The notes under the pieces were generated by a model. The model was not told the DNA's origin and ran no database searches. It saw nothing but the letters and a program-made list of their open reading frames with translations. Made by a program: the position numbers and the translations under genes. Of a stretch of DNA of 64,000 bases, positions 41,447 through 51,763 are shown piece by piece. The stretch comes from Terriglobia bacterium. GTDB taxonomy: Bacteria > Acidobacteriota > Terriglobia > Acidiferrales > UBA7541. The stretch is from contig OY968796.1 in assembly GCA_963695545.1 (NCBI GenBank), positions 3,776,001-3,840,000 of the forward strand, given 5' to 3'. Each line of letters opens with the position of its first letter. Within the stretch, counting starts at the first letter, position 1.

Positions 41447-42472
41447 TTATTTCGCGCCGGAAGTTTGCGGCGCCGTGTGCGCGGAATCGCGATACGACGC
41501 GAGCGTGGCTCCGGGTCCTGGAGCTTTGTGTTTACGCCGCGGCTCGGGCGCCGCGGGCATGGCGCGCAGATAGCGGCGAATTTCCAGAAAATCGTCGGAA
41601 TTGCTCTGGTAATTCGGGGCGGGTCCGCCGAGCAGATCCACTTCGTGCATGATGCGGTCGATGCGATGGTCGGGGTTCGGATGATTTTCAAAAAATGCCA
41701 CGCGATGGGGCTGCTTGGTTTCGTCTTCCACGATTTCAAAGAATTGGGCGAGCGCGCGCGGATCGTAGCCGGAATCGAAGAGAATTTGCGTGCCCAGAAC
41801 GTCGGCCTGCGTTTCGGCCGCGCGGGAATATTTCAGGAGGATGGAATCGAAGGCGAAGTCCGAGCCGACCTCCGCGGCCGCGCCGCTCAGTCCGCCGAAC
41901 AAACCGGACGCAGCGGAGAGCGGCAGCTCGGTTAAATACGCTTTGGTGGCCTGATGCGTGCCGTGGCGCAGCGCGACGTGGGCGATCTCGTGCGCCAGAA
42001 CACCGGCGAGCTGCGCTTCGTCATCGGCGGCTTCGATCACGCCGCGGTCGACGTAGATGAAACCACCCGGCAGCGCGAAGGCATTCACGGATTCGTCGTT
42101 CACGCAACGAAAGCGATACGGAAACGGATAGCCGGGCGCGTGAGCGGCGAGACGTTTGCCGAGCGCGTCGAGATAATTGTCCACGCGCGGATCGTTGAGC
42201 ATCGGAAGTTCCGCTTCGGCGGAGCGCGCGCTGCGCAGGCCAATCTCGATGTCGTCGCGCGTGGAGAACACGTCGACGCCGGGCTTGAGCGGCGTGCGGT
42301 CGGCGCGGGCCGCGACCGCGGCGCACAAGGCTATGAGCGCGACGATGAATGCGGGTGTTGCGAGAGTCAAGCGCGCGCCGCGATTCCTGCGCGACGTGCC
42401 GCGCCGCGCTACCGAAACGATTGAGACCACGCGCTCCGCGCAGTCCGGTTTTCGTCCGGCGTCGATACTCAT
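41447..42472 (-). CDS. M48 family metallopeptidase
   Basis: NAFALPGG, LAHEIAHV (HExxH), YSRAAE.QAD, HPNP..RI. Confidence 0.92.
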   Translation of the reverse strand: MSIDAGRKPDCAERVVSIVSVARRGTSRRNRGARLTLATPAFIVALIALCAAVAARADRTPLKPGVDVFSTRDDIEIGLRSARSAEAELPMLNDPRVDNYLDALGKRLAAHAPGYPFPYRFRCVNDESVNAFALPGGFIYVDRGVIEAADDEAQLAGVLAHEIAHVALRHGTHQATKAYLTELPLSAASGLFGGLSGAAAEVGSDFAFDSILLKYSRAAETQADVLGTQILFDSGYDPRALAQFFEIVEDETKQPHRVAFFENHPNPDHRIDRIMHEVDLLGGPAPNYQSNSDDFLEIRRYLRAMPAAPEPRRKHKAPGPGATLASYRDSAHTAPQTSGAK

Positions 42473-42618
42473 GTGCGCCACCTCCGCCCGAAGGTAACAC
42501 CAATGACCATGCGCGCGCTCGGCCAAACGCGACCGATCGCATCGGTCGCTGTGATGCGAGCCACGTGCGGGAGGTTGACCGGGCGATCGAAGAAAGTCGC
42601 GACGCGCCGAAAGCGTGC

Positions 42619-43827
42619 TCAGCGGGAAAGCGCGGGCTCCGGCAGCTCGGCGTAGGTCCGCGGTTCGGGACGCGGGTCGTTGCGTTGTTCGGGATGCAAC
42701 TCCGGGCGTGGCTCGACGCGCTGATCCGGGCGCCGCGATTGCGCCACGCGCGCAGCGGACACATTGCGATGGCGGGGAAATCTCGGAATTGGCGCGTCCT
42801 CCGCTTCGCGCGAGAACGAAAGCGAAGCGCCCTCAACGTCGCCATCGATGCGGAGAATGTCGCCGAAACGGACCTGCTCTGTGGCCAGCAGATTCGCCAG
42901 CGGATACACCACGTGGCGCTCGATTGCGCGTTTCAGATGGCGCGCGCCGTACTTGAGATCCGTGCCGTCGCGCAGCAGGAACTCCCGCGCGCCCGGCGTC
43001 ACGCGGAAAAGAAATTGCCCGCGCGCGGTTTCGAGCACGCGCTGCTGCACCATGCCCAATTCGATCTCCAGAATTCTTCCAAGTTCCGCCGGGCGCAGCG
43101 GATGGAACACGACCACTTTGTCGAGGCGGTTCATGAACTCCGGCGAAAACTTTTTCTTCGCGGCTGCAGCCGCGGTGCGCTCCACTTTTTCATCCAGGCG
43201 CTCTTCGCGCTTGTCTGTCGGCTGCGCGAAGCCCATGCCGCCGGTCATCAACTCAGTGATCTCGCCACCACCCAAATTCGACGTGAGGATGATTACGCAT
43301 TGCGAAAGATCTACGCGCCGGTTGTCGCCCAGCGTCAGCGTGGCCTTATCCAGAATGCCCAGCAGCAACTGCCACAGCGCGTCGGAAGCCTTCTCAATTT
43401 CATCGAACAAAAGGAAACTCAGTTTCATGCTCTCGGTGTGATATTTCGCGAGTTCTTCCTGCGTGATCAGCGGATGCGTCTCACGATGGCCCAAATATCC
43501 GGGAGGCGATCCGATCAGTTTAGAAATTTCGTGCGAGTGCTGAAACTCGGCGCAGTCCACTTTGATCACTGCGCGGGGATCGCCGAAAAGAACCTCGGCG
43601 GCGGCCTCCACGATGCGCGTTTTGCCCGAGCCAGTGGGTCCAAGAAACAGCAAGTTCCCGACCGGGCGGGTCGGCGAGCACATTCCCGCGACGTAGACCT
43701 GATGCATATCGACAAGCGCCGCAATCGCTTCTGGCTGGCCGACAATGCGCCGCAAGAGTCCAGCTTCAAACTCCTGTGAGTCACTGCTTCGGCGGGACGG
43801 ATCGAGCTGTTGCTGCGGTGAACGCAT
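42619..43827 (-). CDS. Stand-alone Clp-type AAA+ ATPase (ClpA/B/C D2 module only), paralogue 1
   Basis: IVGQ, GPTGSGKT, GSPPGYLG, LFDEIEKA, TSNLG, PEFMNRLD, GARHLKR; AGGAG RBS. Confidence 0.92.
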   Translation of the reverse strand: MRSPQQQLDPSRRSSDSQEFEAGLLRRIVGQPEAIAALVDMHQVYVAGMCSPTRPVGNLLFLGPTGSGKTRIVEAAAEVLFGDPRAVIKVDCAEFQHSHEISKLIGSPPGYLGHRETHPLITQEELAKYHTESMKLSFLLFDEIEKASDALWQLLLGILDKATLTLGDNRRVDLSQCVIILTSNLGGGEITELMTGGMGFAQPTDKREERLDEKVERTAAAAAKKKFSPEFMNRLDKVVVFHPLRPAELGRILEIELGMVQQRVLETARGQFLFRVTPGAREFLLRDGTDLKYGARHLKRAIERHVVYPLANLLATEQVRFGDILRIDGDVEGASLSFSREAEDAPIPRFPRHRNVSAARVAQSRRPDQRVEPRPELHPEQRNDPRPEPRTYAELPEPALSR

Positions 43828-43857
43828 CGTCGTGCTCCTGAATACGCAAAGCTAAAG

Positions 43858-43874
43858 AGCAGTCGAAGCGCCAA
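43858..43874 (-). promoter_or_regulatory. Possible sigma54 (-24/-12) promoter of AAA paralogue 1
   Basis: Minus strand TTGGCGCTTCGACTGCT = GG-N10-GC, about 30 nt upstream of the ATG. Confidence 0.45.
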
Positions 43875-43930
43875 ACTCGCGCGGAAGTGTGCGGTGGCGT
43901 GCGTGCGAACGTCATGCAGAATCAACGCGT

Positions 43931-45346
43931 TCAAGCCGCGTCGCGAGAGACCGCTCGCGCGGACGTTGGGAGCGTGTGCCAGATGCACGCACGGCAACGC
44001 CGGTGAAACACATTGGCGCGCAGCGAGGTTGTTCCACGCCACAAATGCCACGCACACCGGCTCTGTTGCGTTTCGTCAGGCAGAGGCCACGGCCCGTTCA
44101 ATTGCCACTCTTTTTCGCGCACGTCGGGCGGAACATTGTTGACGGTCAAATTCTCGAGCCAGTGCACGCCGGTCTTTCCGCCGACCACGATATCGGCATC
44201 GCCGTCGCCGTCCAAATCAAGCACCTGAATCTCCGTGCCCGCGCCCGCGGTGCCGTTATAGCTGATTGGGAAGCGCGTGAACGTCGCCGTCCGGCGATCG
44301 ATCTTGTAATAGTAGAGAACGATAGGCTCAATCGCGCCGGGGTCGCCTTCGTTGTGCGCGCGATAGCGTTTTCCGGCGATAAGTTCGGGCTGCCCATCGC
44401 CGTCGATATCGGCGAGGGCGAGCGCATGCACTTGCGAATAGGAATCGTCAATCAGGTGGCGCATCCAAACGCGCTTTCCATTTTCTTCCGATTGTTCGAG
44501 CCAGTAGAGGCCGTAGTTGTGGCCCTCACCGTAGATGAGATCCATCTTGCCGTCGTTATTCACATCGTAGCCGAGAATCGGGAATCCGGTCTCGCCGAGA
44601 TCCCACTCAGGCATCCATTGCCATTTATCTTGCGCGGCATCGATGTTCTTGTACCAGCCATGCACGGAAAGGACATCGGGTTTGCCGTCGCCATCCACGT
44701 CCGCGACGCCCACGCCGTGGCCATCGCCTTCGATTCCGCCGACGCGATGCACGACCGGCTCCGCGCCGGCGAAGCTAATCCACACGAGTCCCGACGGGCG
44801 GTAATGCGCTGCGATCACGTCCGGCCTGCCATCTCCATCGATATCGGCAAGCACCATGCCTTCCGTGAATTCCGACGCCACGATGAAGTGCTTGGTCCAC
44901 AGCGCGTCGGCCTTCTTGGGATTTTCGTACCAGGAGATCGCGTGCGAATCCCATCCGGAGCTTACGATGTCCAGCGCGCCGTCGTGATTCACGTCGATCG
45001 CGAATTCGGCGCAGTCCTCCACGTAATCGCCGGTGATTTCGACGTCGCGGAATTTGTGCTGCTTCCATGGGCCGCCGGCCGGGCCGGGATTTTCGTACCA
45101 GTAAGCGCCGCTGGTAATGTCAGGCCGGCCATCGCCATTCATGTCCATGATCGCGACAGATTCGGCGTGGTCGTTGCCCAAACGATGTGGCTTGAAAAGA
45201 ATGGGACGCGCGGACGCACTCGGAAGCTGCGGCTGCTCGGTGCTCTGCGCTTGCTCTCCATCCGCCGGGTTGCGCGGCGCTGCGCCTGCCCGAACCAGGA
45301 TCGCGCTCCCGGCAAAGCCCATCGCGAGAAATTCGCGTCGCCGCAT
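43931..45346 (-). CDS. Tat-exported FG-GAP/VCBS repeat (beta-propeller) protein
   Basis: GAGGAGG RBS, MRRREFL twin-Arg signal, seven DxxxDGxxD/E-type repeats. Confidence 0.88.
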   Translation of the reverse strand: MRRREFLAMGFAGSAILVRAGAAPRNPADGEQAQSTEQPQLPSASARPILFKPHRLGNDHAESVAIMDMNGDGRPDITSGAYWYENPGPAGGPWKQHKFRDVEITGDYVEDCAEFAIDVNHDGALDIVSSGWDSHAISWYENPKKADALWTKHFIVASEFTEGMVLADIDGDGRPDVIAAHYRPSGLVWISFAGAEPVVHRVGGIEGDGHGVGVADVDGDGKPDVLSVHGWYKNIDAAQDKWQWMPEWDLGETGFPILGYDVNNDGKMDLIYGEGHNYGLYWLEQSEENGKRVWMRHLIDDSYSQVHALALADIDGDGQPELIAGKRYRAHNEGDPGAIEPIVLYYYKIDRRTATFTRFPISYNGTAGAGTEIQVLDLDGDGDADIVVGGKTGVHWLENLTVNNVPPDVREKEWQLNGPWPLPDETQQSRCAWHLWRGTTSLRANVFHRRCRACIWHTLPTSARAVSRDAA

Positions 45347-45482
45347 GTATTCCTCCTCATTTTTATCGCCGACTCGCGAGTATATGCCGATTGGCTGGCG
45401 CTTTTGCAGTGCGAAAAAACGCTCCATGGAAGGGGAAAGGCTGCGGGTCCGCAAGATGCGGTGCCGAACCTGAACAAAACGA

Positions 45483-45520
45483 CGATTGCCACTGGCGGCA
45501 AACTCAGCCAGTGGCAATCG
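45483..45520 (-). terminator. 14-bp stem-loop after AAA paralogue 2
   Basis: CGATTGCCACTGGC/GCCAGTGGCAATCG perfect inverted repeat, then TCGTTTTGTT on the minus strand. Confidence 0.7.
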
Positions 45521-45538
45521 ATAATGATTTCGGATTCG

Positions 45539-46762
<1,224 letters not shown>

Positions 46763-46773
46763 CGAACTTCCTC

Positions 46774-47208
46774 CTATCGAAACATTCCGCGCGAAAGCAA
46801 TCCGCGCTGGGGAGACCGATCGAACTGATCGAGCTTTACGCCGACGGTGGAATGCAACAGGCGCAGCTGCGTGACGATTTCGCGGCCCGTCTCGGGCGAA
46901 TGCGAAACGTCGAGCAGCGGCGGAAACAAATCGGTCAAATCGAGATTCAGCGAGCGCAACTGGCCGAGCAGCTTCTGCACATACTGGGATTGCGGATCGA
47001 ACAATTCCACGCGACTATTGACCTCTTCGCGCAGGCGGCTCCAGTTCACATCGAGCAGGGGAAATTGGCGCGTGACCCGGCGAACCACGTCGTCGGTGAT
47101 GCGCGGGCGGTCGCCGAGCTTAGCCAGGTGGAGTTGGCGCACCTTGCCGTTTTCGCGCACGTTGTGCACGAGGTAGAAGGCGCTTCCTTTGCGTCGCAAA
47201 AAGGCCAT
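46774..47208 (-). CDS. Hypothetical 144-aa protein co-transcribed with AAA paralogue 2
   Basis: GGAG RBS, upstream TAGAAT box, 11-nt gap to the ATPase start. Confidence 0.8.
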   Translation of the reverse strand: MAFLRRKGSAFYLVHNVRENGKVRQLHLAKLGDRPRITDDVVRRVTRQFPLLDVNWSRLREEVNSRVELFDPQSQYVQKLLGQLRSLNLDLTDLFPPLLDVSHSPETGREIVTQLRLLHSTVGVKLDQFDRSPQRGLLSRGMFR

Positions 47209-47374
47209 GAAATGCTCCAGACTGCCACCCGGCGATTCTATACCTGGTAGTGTATTTATGTTCCACTACGGAAGTCAAGACGATCTTCAGCGATGTCTCG
47301 GATTTTTGCGGAAGAGTTACTCCCCAGAACGACACGCGCGCGCCGCACGAATCACGGTTAGAATCGCAGCCACC

Positions 47375-47716
47375 ATGGCTGCGAAACGCAATACACAATC
47401 TTCATGGGAACCAGTTTTTCGATTCGTCAAATCGATTCCGCGCGGCCGCGTGATCACCTACGGCGACTTGGCGCGCGCGCTTCGCCTGCGCGGCGGAGCG
47501 CGCACGGCTGGGCATGCCATCGCCGCGACTCCGCGAGGGCGTGGAATCCCCTGGCATCGCGTGGTCGGCGCCAGCGGCAGGCTCCTGACGCGCGAGCCCG
47601 TCGCCAGCTTGCAACGTCGCCTCTTGGAAAGCGAAGGCGTGCGCTTCATCGAAGGACGCGTGGACTGGAAGCGCCACGCCTGGAAAAAAATCAAGGGCGG
47701 AGCGCGGCGCACGTGA
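47375..47716 (+). CDS. Alkyltransferase-like protein (ATL/YbaZ, MGMT family)
   Basis: IPRGRVITYG, PWHRVV (Trp replaces the catalytic Cys), LLESEGV. Confidence 0.9.
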   Translation: MAAKRNTQSSWEPVFRFVKSIPRGRVITYGDLARALRLRGGARTAGHAIAATPRGRGIPWHRVVGASGRLLTREPVASLQRRLLESEGVRFIEGRVDWKRHAWKKIKGGARRT

Positions 47717-47791
47717 GTGTGCTAAGGTTTTCGTGCGCGACGCCGCGCTGATAGGCGCGCGCACGGTAAAATCACAGACACATTTTCCCTC

Positions 47792-48712
47792 GTGGCCCCG
47801 CCGATCATCCAAGCCGAGAACCTCACCAAGCGATACGACGCCGTCGTCGCGCTCCGTGGCGTCAGCTTTGAAGTGAATGAAGGCGAAGTGTTCGGCCTGC
47901 TCGGGCCCAACGGCGCGGGGAAAACCAGCACGATCGAAATACTCGAAGGATTGAGGTCGGCGGATAGCGGGCACGCGAGCGTTTGCGGTCTTGATCCCGA
48001 GCGCAGCGGACCGCGATTGAAAGAAGTGATCGGCGCGACGCTGCAAGCCACGGCGCTGCCGGACAAAATTCGCGTGGGCGAAGCACTGGCCATGTTCGGA
48101 AGCTTCTATCCGCGCCATCGCAATCTGGCCGATCTGATGCGCCGGTTCGGTCTGGAAGAAAAGCGCAGCGCATTTTACGGCCAGCTCTCCGGCGGCCAGA
48201 AGCAACGGCTGGCTCTCGCCCTCGCGTTGGTGAACGAACCGCAAGTTTTGTTTCTGGACGAGCCGACGGCTGGTCTCGATCCGCAAGTGCGCCGCGAAAT
48301 CTACGACGTGATCGAGGAATTGAAATTCGAGCGCAAGACCATCTTGCTGACGACGCATTATATCGAAGAGGCCGAGCGCCTGTGCGACCGAGTGGCGATC
48401 GTGGATCAGGGCCTGGTGATCGCACAGGGCACGCCGCGCGAATTGAAGCAAAGCTCCGCGGGCACCACGCGCATCGATGTGCGCTTGGCGCGACCAGAGC
48501 CTGACGGCGCGCTGGCGAATCTCGAAGGCGTTTCCGACGCGCGCCAGATGAGCGGCGCCTGGGTGCTGCACTCCTCACGCGTGCCGGCCACGATCGTGGC
48601 GCTGGTGAAGCATCTTGAAAGCGCGGGAAACGAATTGGCGGGCCTCGAAATTTCGGCGCCGTCGCTCGAAGACGTGTTCCTCGAGCTGACCGGACGCAAG
48701 CTGCGCGATTGA
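47792..48712 (+). CDS. ABC-2 type exporter ATP-binding protein
   Basis: GPNGAGKT, LSGGQ, LDEPTAGLDP, TTHY, SLEDVFL. Confidence 0.94.
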   Translation: MAPPIIQAENLTKRYDAVVALRGVSFEVNEGEVFGLLGPNGAGKTSTIEILEGLRSADSGHASVCGLDPERSGPRLKEVIGATLQATALPDKIRVGEALAMFGSFYPRHRNLADLMRRFGLEEKRSAFYGQLSGGQKQRLALALALVNEPQVLFLDEPTAGLDPQVRREIYDVIEELKFERKTILLTTHYIEEAERLCDRVAIVDQGLVIAQGTPRELKQSSAGTTRIDVRLARPEPDGALANLEGVSDARQMSGAWVLHSSRVPATIVALVKHLESAGNELAGLEISAPSLEDVFLELTGRKLRD

Positions 48713-48740
48713 TGCGCAAAACGGGCGAGCGAAAACGAAT

Positions 48741-49631
48741 TTGAAAAACATCTGGACACTGACGGTCAACCGCATGCGCCTGGCGATGCGCACGCCGGTA
48801 TTCTTGTTCTTCAGCCTGGGCATGCCGCTGGTGTTTCTGTTCGGCTTCTGCGGATTTTTCGCGCACGGCAAACCCTACGCGGTTCCCTACCTGCTTTCTT
48901 CGGTGCTGGCTCTGACGGTAATGGGCAGCTTCTGGGGACTCAGCATGCAGCTTGTGACCTATCGCGAGATGGGCATTCTGCGCCGATTCCGCCTGGCGCC
49001 GGTGGGTCCGGGCGCACTGCTGGCTTCGAGCATCCTCTCGAATTATTTTCTCACGCTGCCGACGGTGATCGCGCAATTCTTGCTGGCCCGCTGGGTGTTC
49101 CACATGCCGCAGTGGGGAAATTTGTTCGGCGTGTTCGTGATGGTCACGTTGGGAACGGTCACATTCGCCTCTCTCGGCCTGATCGTCGCCAGCGTAACGA
49201 ACACCGCACAAGAAACGCAGATGATCAATCAGGCGTTGTGGTTCGGCTTCCTGTTTCTTTCCGGCGCCAGCGTTCCATTGCCGCTATTTCCGGGATGGCT
49301 GCAAAGTGTTGCGCTCTACATTCCCGCAACGTACTTGGTGACCGGCCTTGAGCGCGTGATGGTGCCGGATGAATCTCTATTTCGCCTCGGGCCCAACCTG
49401 CTTTCGCTCGCGGTCTGTGCGGGAATCGCGTTCGTCATCTCGTATCAATTATTCCGCTGGGATCCCGGATCGAAAGCGCCACGCCGCGCGAAGCTTTGGG
49501 CCACGTCGACGATTCTGCCGTTCGTGCTGCTCGGCGTGTGGGAGACGCATTACGGCCATCTGCGCAAGAACGCGCAGACCGATTACCAATCCATCGAACG
49601 CCAGTTCACGCTGAGCCCCGCGCCGCGCTGA
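48741..49631 (+). CDS. ABC-2 type exporter permease
   Basis: RE.GILRRF.LAP motif, about six TM segments, adjacent to the ATPase. Confidence 0.88.
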   Translation: MKNIWTLTVNRMRLAMRTPVFLFFSLGMPLVFLFGFCGFFAHGKPYAVPYLLSSVLALTVMGSFWGLSMQLVTYREMGILRRFRLAPVGPGALLASSILSNYFLTLPTVIAQFLLARWVFHMPQWGNLFGVFVMVTLGTVTFASLGLIVASVTNTAQETQMINQALWFGFLFLSGASVPLPLFPGWLQSVALYIPATYLVTGLERVMVPDESLFRLGPNLLSLAVCAGIAFVISYQLFRWDPGSKAPRRAKLWATSTILPFVLLGVWETHYGHLRKNAQTDYQSIERQFTLSPAPR

Positions 49632-49777
49632 GCGCGCGTGGTCTCCACGTCCCCAATAGGCCATTTTGGCTGGAAACGAGCCCAATTCCCCGACTCAGGC
49701 TCGGGCTGCGCGCCGACGGCGTGTGCTATACTTTTCTACAGTTGCAGTGAAGCCCGCGCTCGCGCGGAGAAATTCAG

Positions 49778-50728
49778 ATGGGCATCGAAAAGACCGAAAA
49801 AATCTGGCACAACGGCAAGCTCATTGGCTGGGACGAAGCCACCATCCATGTGTTGTCGCACGTGGTGAGCTACGGTTCCGCGGTTTTCGAGGGCATCCGT
49901 TGCTACCACACCAAACAAGGTTCGGCGATTTTCCGTCTGCGCGACCACATGCAGCGGATGATTCATTCCGCGAAAATTTATCGCATGGACTTGCCCGCGC
50001 CGCTCGATGAGCTGTGCCAAGGCGCGATCGATATCGTGCGCGCGAATCGCATGGATTCCTGTTACATCCGCCCGATCGCGCTGCGCGGTTATGGCGACGT
50101 CGGCGTCAGCCCGCTCGCCTGCCCGGTCGAGGTGTATATCGCCTGTTGGGGCTGGGGCGCGTATCTCGGTTCGGACGCGCTCGAGCAGGGCGTGGACGTT
50201 TGCATCAGCTCGTGGGCGCGCATGGCGCCGAACACTTTGCCCGCGATGGCCAAGGCCGCGGCCAATTATATGAATTCGCAATTGATTCGCATGGAGGCCG
50301 TGATCAACGGCTATGCCGAAGGCATTGCGCTCGATCCATCCGGTTTGGTCAGCGAAGGCTCGGGCGAAAATGTTTTTCTGGTGCTCGACGGGACGGTGTG
50401 GACGCCTCCGATCGCCACCTGCGGCCTGCAAGGCATCACGCGCGCGAGTTTGCTCACGCTGTGCGAAGATCTGAAAATTCCCGTGCGCGAAGAATCCATT
50501 CCGCGCGAAATGCTTTATCTCGCCGACGAAGTTTTCCTCTCGGGCACGGCGGCCGAGCTAACGCCGCTGCGTTCGATCGACCGCATTCAGATCGGTAAAG
50601 GCCGGCGCGGCCCCATCACGCAGCAGCTTCAAGAGGAATTTTTCGCCATCGTGCGCGGAACAAAGCCCGATCGCCACAACTGGCTCACGCCGGTTCCCGT
50701 GCCGGCCAGCGCCGCGGTCACGCGGTAG
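49778..50728 (+). CDS. ilvE: Branched-chain amino acid aminotransferase
   Basis: YGSAVFEG, AKAAANY, EGSGEN, LQGITR, GTAAE. Confidence 0.95.
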   Translation: MGIEKTEKIWHNGKLIGWDEATIHVLSHVVSYGSAVFEGIRCYHTKQGSAIFRLRDHMQRMIHSAKIYRMDLPAPLDELCQGAIDIVRANRMDSCYIRPIALRGYGDVGVSPLACPVEVYIACWGWGAYLGSDALEQGVDVCISSWARMAPNTLPAMAKAAANYMNSQLIRMEAVINGYAEGIALDPSGLVSEGSGENVFLVLDGTVWTPPIATCGLQGITRASLLTLCEDLKIPVREESIPREMLYLADEVFLSGTAAELTPLRSIDRIQIGKGRRGPITQQLQEEFFAIVRGTKPDRHNWLTPVPVPASAAVTR

Positions 50729-50881
50729 AAACGTCGGCGCGAGCGTTTCGGCTTGCGCTTCTCGCAGTTTCTTTGACCGCGCACCGTTCCCTCTTATAGA
50801 ATCCGGCCCCGGCGCCTGCGTAGGGCTCGAGCGCGCCGCTAGATTCCTCGTGCACAACTCGCCTAGCCCCGGAGGCCGTTA

Positions 50882-51577
50882 ATGATGTACAGCAAGCCGC
50901 AAAAGTTGCTGGCGGAATTCTTCGGAACGTTCGCGCTGGTCTTCTTCAGCGCGGGCGCGATTTGCGCCGATCAGTTGCTGACGGTCTCCGGGCAGGCCGG
51001 GCTCGGCTTCTTCGGCGTCGCGCTGGCCTACGGCTTGACCATGGGCATTATGGTGACGGCGTTAGGCCACGTTTCCGGCGGCCACTTCAACCCCGCTATC
51101 TCAATCGGCTTCTGGGTGACGCGTCGAGCGACCACCATCGATACCGTGCTCTACTGGGTCGCTCAACTCGCCGGAGCCACGGCGGCCGCCTACGCGCTGC
51201 GCGCCGTCGTGCCGGAGACCACCTGGCGCGCGGTGCACCTAGGCGCGCCGGCACTAGCCAGCGGAATCACGCGCGCGTCGGGGATGCTGATCGAAGGCCT
51301 CACGACGTTCTTCCTCGTGTTCGTCGTGTTCGCCACACTCGTGGACGATAACGGAGCGTTCGGCAAGATCGGCGGCTTCGCTGTCGGACTCACGCTCGCG
51401 ATTGGCGTTCTCTTCGGCGGACCGTTCACCGGCGCGGCGATGAATCCGGCGCGCGCGTTCGGCCCGGCGCTCGCCGGCCGCGATTGGCTGAACCACGGTG
51501 TGTACTGGGTCGGTCCGCTCGCCGGAGGCGTGCTGGCCGGCTGGATTTACGACACCGCGTTCCTGAAAAAATCCTAG
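50882..51577 (+). CDS. MIP family channel (aquaporin)
   Basis: SGGHFNPA and AMNPARAFGP. Confidence 0.94.
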   Translation: MMYSKPQKLLAEFFGTFALVFFSAGAICADQLLTVSGQAGLGFFGVALAYGLTMGIMVTALGHVSGGHFNPAISIGFWVTRRATTIDTVLYWVAQLAGATAAAYALRAVVPETTWRAVHLGAPALASGITRASGMLIEGLTTFFLVFVVFATLVDDNGAFGKIGGFAVGLTLAIGVLFGGPFTGAAMNPARAFGPALAGRDWLNHGVYWVGPLAGGVLAGWIYDTAFLKKS

Positions 51578-51763
51578 ACTAACGCGGCAATCTCGAATTA
51601 TCCCGCCGCGAACACGGGCCGGAGCTTTGGCCCGACACTCGTCGCTCGCCCCATCCGCCTACCCCGTTACTAACCTGTGCCCCTCCCCGAGAGGCGTTCT
51701 TGTTTCGCCCCCGCACGGATGCTAGTGTCGCGAGGTAGACCTTCGAGAGGGCCCAATTCTGCC

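Noticed and set aside
46774..47208. IS1634 insertion sequence
   Set aside because: No DDE domain, terminal inverted repeats or target duplication seen; only the N-terminal resemblance
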